Virus record (IMG/VR): IMGVR_UViG_2513237361_000013
DNA length: 36,955 nucleotides
DNA from: a virus
Lineage: Duplodnaviria; Heunggongvirae; Uroviricota; Caudoviricetes
Direction: 5' to 3' (one strand)
Within the stretch, counting starts at the first letter, position 1. Every line of letters begins with the position of its first letter. Positions 30,317-36,955 of this stretch are shown piece after piece. Under the pieces are notes generated by a model. That model had not been told where the DNA came from. It searched no databases and worked only from the letters and a program-made list of their open reading frames with translations. The translations under genes were made by a program, and so were the position numbers.

Positions 30317-30568
30317 TTAGTCCTGATTTTTATCCACCCTGAGTAGTTCGCGCAGAGCAAAGGCATCCCCTTTTCTGGCAAGCTTAAACAATGCCGCTCG
30401 TAACTCGGCTTCACCTTTCGCTCTGCCCTTACGGATGGCCGCATAAAAATCTGTCATTGCTTCCCGATTTTCTTTCAGTCGGTTCAGATCAACATCCAGA
30501 ACGTCAGCGATTTGTTGTGCAGTCATCCGGCACGCTGCCAGAGACTCGACTTTCGAATACGGAATCAT
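30317..30568 (-). CDS. small putative DNA-binding protein
   Basis: 83 aa, basic and helical (AAIRKGRAKGEAELRAALFKLARKGDAFALRELL), 3 nt upstream of TerS. Overlaps the upstream gene by 65 nt in another frame. Confidence 0.45.
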   Translation of the reverse strand: MIPYSKVESLAACRMTAQQIADVLDVDLNRLKENREAMTDFYAAIRKGRAKGEAELRAALFKLARKGDAFALRELLRVDKNQD

Positions 30569-31436
30569 TTGTCACCCCCATTGATATGCAGGGTGTCTTC
30601 TTCCTGTATTTTTCGTGAAGGATTTTTACTGCAGCGTTGTTCCAGGTGACCTGATGGTGAATGCGTTTATGGCTGGCACCCATCAGTGAGATTTTTACGC
30701 ACGACGGCGCATACATGACGGAGTAAAAACTTTTAACGTAGGTTCCGGAATCCAGATACAGCTCGGTCATTCCGCCGCTGTTTTTCTGCGTCTGTTTCTG
30801 CCCTAACTGGACAGCACCGATCGTCATAAACAATTCACCACAGCGACCGAGATTCGTGTACGTATTCACATCCTCGTTAATGCGCCCCATGAATGAGAAC
30901 GGTCGATCAACCGAACAGATAAAGCTGTTCATTGCCTTGCGTTTCACCCACGAAGCATGGCCGCCATTGTCACCAAGAAAATCCCCGCCCTGCGACATAG
31001 CGATGGAAAGAGCAGGTATTGATTCGTAGTACGCCAGCATTTCAGAAAGGATCGCATCCAGTTTCCTTATCGGAAAATAGGCCTGGTCATAGTTGCGATC
31101 CACCCGAAACTGGAACTCGTGATAATCATCATCGAGCTGAATGAAGTATTTACACCCGACCAGTTTTGCCAGGTCGAAACAGGCATTACGGGCGTAAAAA
31201 ATTGAGCGGCGGTCACAGAAATTATCGGCTTCGTCAAAACGACTGGCGATATCGGCTTTGGAAAACACCAGCACCTGTTCACCAAATTCAGCCATGTACT
31301 GATGCCGTGTCTTATCTTCATCATCAACAACGATAAAAATTTTCCCGGTATAGCCAGCACGACGCAACGTCCGGTAAGTCAGAACTTTGTCCGGTCGCCC
31401 GTGAGTCAGAATAAAGGCGCAAAAATCATCACGCAT
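30504..31436 (-). CDS. GT-A-fold glycosyltransferase-like protein (putative), translationally coupled to ParB-like gene
   Basis: Start at ATG 31434-31436 (MRDDFCAFILTHGRPDK), overlapping the ParB-like stop by 8 nt with GAGGAGGAGGAA as Shine-Dalgarno. Motifs FIVVDDEDK and IQLDDDYHEF (DxD-like). No transmembrane segment. Confidence 0.55.
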   Translation of the reverse strand: MRDDFCAFILTHGRPDKVLTYRTLRRAGYTGKIFIVVDDEDKTRHQYMAEFGEQVLVFSKADIASRFDEADNFCDRRSIFYARNACFDLAKLVGCKYFIQLDDDYHEFQFRVDRNYDQAYFPIRKLDAILSEMLAYYESIPALSIAMSQGGDFLGDNGGHASWVKRKAMNSFICSVDRPFSFMGRINEDVNTYTNLGRCGELFMTIGAVQLGQKQTQKNSGGMTELYLDSGTYVKSFYSVMYAPSCVKISLMGASHKRIHHQVTWNNAAVKILHEKYRKKTPCISMGVTNDSVFESRVSGSVPDDCTTNR

Positions 31437-32220
31437 ATTCCTCCTCCTCACCACCATGCATGATCTCCACCATGCGCTGCGTCATCCGGACAAATCCATT
31501 TTCAATAGCCTGCTGATAATCAATGATCACCAGCGCCGACTCCTCGAAAAAACACTGAATTTCAGAGGGGGCGTGAGCGTAATAGTCCGCAATTCTGCTG
31601 AAATTAAACACCGTGTGACGTTCTGCCGCACACAGGAGGAATTTCTCAATATCAGGCTCAAGGGACGCCGAACGTATCCGGCTGATCAGCTCCTGAGTTT
31701 TCGTATCGTCGTACAGTTCACTGATATCCGGTTTACCGCCCGACGGCTCATAAACAGGCGTATCAATTTTCGTCGTATACGGCTCCTCCTCATTTCCTGT
31801 ACCGGGCAAAACATCCGTCAACAGTTCATCAATTTCTGTCGGGATGAAGCCTGTCAGGGAGACATCAAAATCAGCATTGATTAGGTCCGACAGCTCCATC
31901 CGCAACAGATCTTCATCCCAGCCAGCATTCATCGGCAGGCGATTATCTGCCAGGCGGTACGCCTTTTTCTGCTCATCCGTCAGGCCAGACAGAACAATGA
32001 CCGGAACAGAATCCATTTTGAGCATTTCAGCCGCCATAACACGACCGTGACCCGCAATAATTTCGCCCTTTTCGTCAATCAGCACCGGATTAGTCCAGCC
32101 GAATTGCTTAATACTTTCTACCAGTTGTGCCACCTGCTCAGTACTGTGCGTCCTGGCGTTGTGCGCATACGGTGACAATTCTTGTAATGGGCGATAGACT
32201 ATCTTTAATTTCTCGCTCAT
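31429..32220 (-). CDS. ParB N-terminal-domain (ParB/Srx-fold) protein, phage-type
   Basis: 263 aa with YRPLQELSPYAHNARTHS...ESIKQFGWTNPVLID...IIAGHGRVMAA, typical of the ParB N-terminal nuclease/NTPase fold. Confidence 0.85.
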   Translation of the reverse strand: MSEKLKIVYRPLQELSPYAHNARTHSTEQVAQLVESIKQFGWTNPVLIDEKGEIIAGHGRVMAAEMLKMDSVPVIVLSGLTDEQKKAYRLADNRLPMNAGWDEDLLRMELSDLINADFDVSLTGFIPTEIDELLTDVLPGTGNEEEPYTTKIDTPVYEPSGGKPDISELYDDTKTQELISRIRSASLEPDIEKFLLCAAERHTVFNFSRIADYYAHAPSEIQCFFEESALVIIDYQQAIENGFVRMTQRMVEIMHGGEEEEYA

Positions 32221-32357
32221 ACAGCCTTGCTTTATGAATAAAACGCACCCCAGCAGCCAGTGCTACTGGGGACGGAGGTGTTGCTGGTAAAGTTAGGTAT
32301 TGGATCAATGAGTGAGTCAACATAATATTAAACTCACAATTATAAATCAGCCATATA

Positions 32358-33814
32358 TTAGGAGCGCCAAAAAAAACCTGAAAACAATATAATAACAGGA
32401 TAAATTTCAAGGCGACCAAGAATCATAGCTATGCACATTAAACATTTTGCAATGTCATTAAGTACTCCGAATGACGATGCAGTAGCCCCAAAACCTAATC
32501 CCATATTATTAATACATGCAGCCACTGTTGCAAATGATGTAAGAAAATCATATCCCATACCATTTAACACCAGTATAAAAAACACCGTAAAGAGAGTATA
32601 AAGAAAAAAGAAACTCCATACAGACCTCATTACACGATCTGTAACTATCTTCCCTCCTACATTTACACTCAACAACGCTCTGGGATGAGAAAGCTGATTT
32701 ATCTCGTGTTTGCTTTGTTTGAAAAGTATAAGAAATCGAAGTGACTTAATTCCACCACAAGTTGAACCTATACATCCCCCAAAGAAACTTGACAACAGCA
32801 AAAATACTATCGTGTGCGTGGGCCAACTTGCATAATCCTGCGTAGCTAAACCATTATCAGTGAGCATGGAGCTGGCAAGAAAAAACGAATGAATAAAACT
32901 TCCATGCAAGTCATACATACCTATATGCCAGACCTGGAAAGAGGTAACAATGATCACCCCTAAGGCTATTAACAGAAAGAAACGAAGTTCAATATCTCTG
33001 ATTAAAGGTTTTATCGTTTTCCTGCTAATAACAATATACCAAAGAGTGAAGTTGAAAGCCGATAGCAGGGAAAAAGAACCAGCCACCAGCTCAACCAAAT
33101 AGTTATTAAAATATCCGATACTCTCGCTATGAGTTGAGAAACCACCAAGCGAAACTGTGGAAATCCCGTGACAAATAGCATCAAACAAAGGCATTCCTGC
33201 AAGTCTATAACAGACAATACAAGCAATACCTAATAAAGAATAAGTTATCCACAGTGTCCGTGACGTATCGGCCAGGCGGGGAGTGAGTTTGTCATCCTTA
33301 AATGGCCCCGGCATTTCTGACTGATAAAGCTTTGCACCACCAATACCCAATAATGGCAATACAGCAACCGCCAGAACAATAACTCCTAAACCACCTATAA
33401 AATTTAACTGTGACCGATAGTACAAATATGCCCGAGGTAATGAACTAACATCATCAATTACAGTTGCTCCTGTTGTTGTTATTCCAGAAACCCCTTCAAA
33501 CAGAGCATCAATGAACGTTAAATTAAGTTCTGAGTCAATCCATAAAGGGAATGCACTAATAACAGAAAACAAAATCCAAAACATTACAATTATAATAAAC
33601 CCATCACGGGTACGTAATTGAATGCCAGATTTCTTAGTTGTATACCACGCTCCGCCACCAATGCAAAAAAAATAACGAAAGTTATAAAGAAAACGAACAG
33701 GCTTTTTTCTTTATAAAACAATGCTACAACCATTGGTGGCAACATTGAAAGACTATAGAGCCAAACCAGGAACCCACACATATGAGTAACAACTCTTACA
33801 TGAGATGTATTCAT
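32358..33814 (-). pseudogene. trkG: Trk potassium uptake protein TrkG (TrkH family), interrupted by -1 frameshift
   Basis: N-terminal ORF (33590..33832, MNTSHVRVVTHMCGFLVWLYSLSMLPP) and C-terminal ORF (32358..33584) are joined if the 8-A run at 33665-33672 had 9 bases; the alternate frame reads CIGGGAWYTTKKSGIQLRTRDGFIIIVMFWILF into the downstream ORF. AT-rich moron, as in the Rac prophage. Confidence 0.85.
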
Positions 33815-33951
33815 ATCTAAATATTCTTTCAATTATAACCACCTTGCTGCAATATTATGATTATACTGTATAAAATTTAACTCCTCTTAGATCTTACTTC
33901 ACTGTTCCTTATGAAACAATCATCAAAATGAATCATATTGTAGTTAAGATT

Positions 33952-34380
33952 TTACTTTAAACACTGCTCGGTTATGTATTGCTGAGCACCTTCAAGTTGG
34001 GCCTGCATCATTACCAGTCGTTCCCGGAGGGTGAAATAATCCCGTTCAGCGGTGTCTGCCAGTCGGGGGGAGGCTGCATTATCCACGCCGGAGGCGGTGG
34101 TGGCTTCACGCACTGACTGACAGACTGCTTTGATGTGCAACCGACGACGACCAGCGGCAACATCATCACGCAGAGCATCATTTTCAGCTTTCGCATCAGC
34201 TAACTCCTTCGTGTATTTTGCATCGAGCGCAGCAACATCACGCTGACGCATCTGCATGTCAGTAATTGCCGCGTTCGCCAGCTTCAGTTCTCTGGCATTT
34301 TTGTCGCGCTGTTCTTTGTAGGCGATGGCGTTATCACGGTAATGATTAACACCCCATGACAGGCAGACGACCGGTTCCAT
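33952..34380 (-). pseudogene. Rz: Rz i-spanin, N-terminally truncated (transmembrane segment and RBS lost)
   Basis: 142 aa, near-identical from memory to lambda Rz from CLSW(A/G)VNHYRDNA onward, but beginning MEPVV in place of the N-terminal transmembrane segment. No Shine-Dalgarno upstream. Confidence 0.7.
34011..34196 (-). CDS. Rz1: Rz1 o-spanin lipoprotein (embedded in Rz, alternative frame)
   Basis: 61 aa with lipobox VVGC and proline-rich [15 protein letters not shown], nested in the Rz frame. Confidence 0.85.
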   Translation of the reverse strand: MRKLKMMLCVMMLPLVVVGCTSKQSVSQCVKPPPPPAWIMQPPPDWQTPLNGIISPSGNDW

Positions 34381-34405
34381 TCAACAGTCATAAGGAGTTT
34401 CATTT

Positions 34406-34636
34406 ATGACAGTCAGTATTGTTTCACCTTCCGCAGCGACTGTAAAGCCCCGCCGTCATCCCCGTTTCAGACGCGAAGACATCCCCGCGCCGGAAATTGA
34501 CCCCGTACTGAAAGCCTTCGGGCGACACATAGCCCGGAGTTTTCACCGGGGGCGTGGTGTACACATCCCCGCCATGAAAAACACGGCCTTCGGGCAGGTG
34601 CTCCGCACACTCGAACTGAAACGCGCTTTTAACTGA
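34406..34636 (+). CDS. small basic hypothetical protein (first gene of plus-strand operon)
   Basis: 76 aa with AAGGAG 8 nt upstream of the ATG. Shares an IPxPEIDPVLK motif with the small ORF at 19748..20002. Confidence 0.5.
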   Translation: MTVSIVSPSAATVKPRRHPRFRREDIPAPEIDPVLKAFGRHIARSFHRGRGVHIPAMKNTAFGQVLRTLELKRAFN

Positions 34637-34687
34637 TGAGGTGAGCCGCCCCGCGAGGGGCGGCAACAGACGGAAGGAGAACATTTT

Positions 34688-36049
34688 ATGACATTAGCAG
34701 CAATCACCATGACCGCCCCGGAAGCCGCCAGTCCTGTGCAGATGTACCGCGCGACCTACTCACCGGATGATAACAAACTGCGCCTGTATGCCGCGTCACG
34801 TCTTGACCAGGAAACGTATAAAAAAGTGCATGATGCCGGTTTCCGCTGGGCACCCAAACAGGCGCTGTTTGTCGCGCCGGCCTGGACACCGGGCCGGGAA
34901 GACGTGCTCCTCTCACTTGCCGGAGAGATTGAGGATGAAGACAGCACGCTCGCTGAACGTCAGGAAGCACGGGCGGAGCGGTTTACCGGATACAGCGGAA
35001 AGCGGGCCAGTGAATCCGCACAGGCACTTGATGAAGTGGAAAGACTGGCCGCGATGATCCCGCCCGGTCAACCCATTCTTGTGGGGCATCACAGCGAACG
35101 CCGCGCCCGTCGTGATGCGCAGCGTATTGAAAACGGCATGAAACGTGCCGTGATGCTCTTTGAACGTGCGGAATACTGGGAAGAACGCGCGCGGTCGGCA
35201 CTGCTTCACGCGAAGTATAAAGAACGTCCGGACGTTCGCTGGCGTCGTATCAAAAAAATCGAAGCTGATTTGCGCAAGGCTGAAAAGACCATCGCACAGT
35301 CGCAGAAATATCTGACGATGTGGCGGGCTGAATCGCTGGATCTGAATATGGCAAAACTCATCAGCAGTCATGACCATATCAGCGCCTGTTTCCCGCTGGA
35401 TACGTATCCGCGCCCGGCAGAAAAAAGCCAGTATGAAGGAAGTCGATCGTTATGGTCGGCCCTGGATGATGACATCATCACCACGGAGCAGGCCCGCGAA
35501 ATTGCGATCCGCTGTCATGAACGGCAGATCCAGCGTCAGCAACGCTGGGTTAACCACTATCAGAACCGCCTGATCTATGAGCGTGCCATGCTGGACGAAA
35601 GCGGCGGCGTGGTTACCCGGACACAGGATTTTGAGCCGGGCGGACAGGTTTTCAGCCGGGGCGAGTGGCTGACCATCATCCGTGTGAACAAAAGCAACGG
35701 GGCGGTGAGTTCAGTCACAACGCCAAATTACAGTTTTCTCGGGTACAGCGGCACGATGAAAGTGACGCCCGATCGCATCACGGACTACAAAGCACCATCG
35801 GCAGAAGAGGCTGCCGTCGCCAGTCAGGCCGCGAAGCGTCCGCCGGTAGTCAACTATCCGGGGGAAGGTTTCCGGGAAATGACAAAGGCACAGTGGGCCG
35901 CCCTGCCCCGGGACTGTAAGGCCGTGCGCAGTGTGGCAGAAGCAGAAGACCACGGGGCATACCGCTACCGCCGCACAATGGACAATAATTTCCGCCTGGT
36001 GAATGTGTATATCACCGACATGAAAATCACGGAAATCCCACAGAAATAA
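34688..36049 (+). CDS. large conserved hypothetical protein (plasmid/phage-associated, DUF3560-like by recollection)
   Basis: 453-aa GC-rich ORF with a coherent charged/helical sequence and no internal stops. The family assignment is from memory only. Confidence 0.65.
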   Translation: MTLAAITMTAPEAASPVQMYRATYSPDDNKLRLYAASRLDQETYKKVHDAGFRWAPKQALFVAPAWTPGREDVLLSLAGEIEDEDSTLAERQEARAERFTGYSGKRASESAQALDEVERLAAMIPPGQPILVGHHSERRARRDAQRIENGMKRAVMLFERAEYWEERARSALLHAKYKERPDVRWRRIKKIEADLRKAEKTIAQSQKYLTMWRAESLDLNMAKLISSHDHISACFPLDTYPRPAEKSQYEGSRSLWSALDDDIITTEQAREIAIRCHERQIQRQQRWVNHYQNRLIYERAMLDESGGVVTRTQDFEPGGQVFSRGEWLTIIRVNKSNGAVSSVTTPNYSFLGYSGTMKVTPDRITDYKAPSAEEAAVASQAAKRPPVVNYPGEGFREMTKAQWAALPRDCKAVRSVAEAEDHGAYRYRRTMDNNFRLVNVYITDMKITEIPQK

Positions 36050-36096
36050 GGTATATCCCCCCGGGAAAATCCCCGGGGGATGACGGAGATAATGAC

Positions 36097-36660
36097 ATGC
36101 ACAGTCAGTTAAGAGAACGTATCCGGCTGATGCGCGCAAGGCTGGATAACGCCGCGCCGGTTGCTGAAATCCGGGCTGAATCTCAGCTTTTTGTGACTCC
36201 TGCCCCGGTCTGTGATCGCCTGGTGACGCTGGCGGAGATCAGCAACCGTGATCACATTCTGGAACCCTCTGCCGGCACCGGGGCCATACTGCGGGCGATT
36301 CGGGATACCGCACCGGGGGCCATGTGTGATGCGGTGGAGATTAACAGCGGGCTGGTCCGGTATCTGCGGGACAATTTTAACGGTGTCAGGGTACAGTGTT
36401 GCGACTTCATGGAATGGCAGCCGGTGCAGTATTACAGCCGGATTATCATGAATCCGCCGTTCAGTCACGGGCAGGATATCCGGCATATCCTGCGGGCTTT
36501 TTCCCTGTTGCGTCCGGGGGGCGTGCTGGTTGCCGTCTGTCTGAACGGGCCGCGCCAGCAGGAGAAGCTGTTACCGTTTTCTGACGTCCGCGAGGAGCTG
36601 CCACGCGGCACGTTTGCTTATACCAGTGTTCCGACGATGATTATTCGTCTGCGTGCCTGA
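36097..36660 (+). CDS. small class I SAM-dependent methyltransferase with NPPF motif
   Basis: 187 aa with motif I LEPSAGTGA and motif IV NPPF, typical of amino-group (N6-A/N4-C or RsmD-like) methyltransferases. Confidence 0.8.
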   Translation: MHSQLRERIRLMRARLDNAAPVAEIRAESQLFVTPAPVCDRLVTLAEISNRDHILEPSAGTGAILRAIRDTAPGAMCDAVEINSGLVRYLRDNFNGVRVQCCDFMEWQPVQYYSRIIMNPPFSHGQDIRHILRAFSLLRPGGVLVAVCLNGPRQQEKLLPFSDVREELPRGTFAYTSVPTMIIRLRA

Positions 36661-36666
36661 TGACGC

Positions 36667-36700
36667 CGGGCAGGCGGGAGGATAAATGCCCGTCTGCCCG
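36667..36700 (+). other. GC-rich 12-bp-stem hairpin immediately after methyltransferase stop
   Basis: CGGGCAGGCGGG (36667-36678) pairs with CCCGTCTGCCCG (36689-36700) with one mismatch and a 10-nt loop. No U-run follows. Confidence 0.4.
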
Positions 36701-36789
36701 CGCCGGGAAAAACCGCGCGCCGGTGGCGCTGAAAGGGGCCGCGCTGACGCGCCGCCCCTTCCATTACGCGGATATTCTGATGGGGACTT

Positions 36790-36932
36790 CTGTCTTTTCA
36801 GACCTGTCATTTGTCTGTTACTGATGATGTTGTTGTTCCTGCTACTGCTACTGTTCTTCTTTTTTCTGATGCTCTCATTACTGTTTGTTTTGTTGTTCTC
36901 CTGCTTATGCCTTTTCCGGGCGCTCTTTAAAA
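36790..36932 (+). repeat. A-poor (CTG/TTG/TTC)n-like low-complexity tract
   Basis: About 140 nt almost devoid of A on the plus strand. It reads as Leu/Phe/Met codon repeats in the frame of ORF 36686..36955. Confidence 0.5.
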
Positions 36933-36955
36933 ATCTGGATCAAGCTGAAAATTGA

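Larger units (their letters stand above)
1374..36955 (-). mobile_element. defective lambdoid prophage (partial; continues beyond right edge), lambda-like tail genes with SPP1/P22-like head module
   Basis: Contiguous collinear phage late-gene order on the minus strand (TerS, TerL, portal, gp7-like, scaffold, capsid, connectors, tail tube, chaperone, tape measure, M, L, K-fragment, J-fragment, stf). Morons ompT, appY and trkG are embedded. The icd fragment marks the left boundary. Confidence 0.8.

Noticed and set aside
34424-35377. Minus-strand ORFs 34424..34684, 34704..34970, 34756..34947, 34913..35377 and 34983..35201
   Set aside because: Antisense to the strongly supported plus-strand operon; the translations are Arg/Pro/Ser-rich GC-artefact type.
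36571-36810. Minus-strand ORF 36571..36810 (Gly/Arg/Pro-rich) overlapping the methyltransferase 3-prime end
   Set aside because: It runs through the GC-rich hairpin cluster and the antisense of the methyltransferase gene, which is unlikely to be coding.
1-36955. Scan for tRNA genes, CRISPR arrays, integrase/transposase and IS elements
   Set aside because: No T-loop-like GGTTCGAATCC-type motifs with cloverleaf context, no spaced direct-repeat arrays, and no integrase- or transposase-like ORFs were seen.

Overview
The window reads as an Escherichia-type chromosomal region dominated by one defective lambdoid prophage, with all calls made by eye from the translations and sequence (no database search was possible). 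Left edge: a lambda Exo-like exonuclease pseudogene, an ASCH-like gene, then an orphan 3-prime fragment of icd with its own terminator, which I interpret as the displaced attachment-site copy marking the prophage boundary. From about 1374 to the window end lies the prophage, mostly on the minus strand: ompT and appY morons, a stf operon, a 5-prime-truncated J, a foreign ~6.3 kb island replacing K 3-prime/I/J 5-prime, then L, M, tape measure, tail shaft and head-tail genes, capsid, scaffold, SPP1-gp7-like protein, portal, TerL, TerS, a ParB-like/GT-A-like pair, frameshifted trkG, and truncated Rz with intact Rz1. No holin, endolysin, integrase, tRNA or CRISPR is visible. Three accessory modules of unknown function are the most interesting candidates: (1) a PP-loop PAPS-reductase-family + DGxHR ParB-like pair (YbdN/YbdM-like, reminiscent of DndC/DndB) with a membrane protein inside the island; (2) the ParB-like + GT-A-like coupled pair next to the terminase; (3) a plus-strand operon of a small ORF, a 453-aa conserved protein and a small NPPF methyltransferase abutting truncated Rz. 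The prophage extends beyond the right edge.
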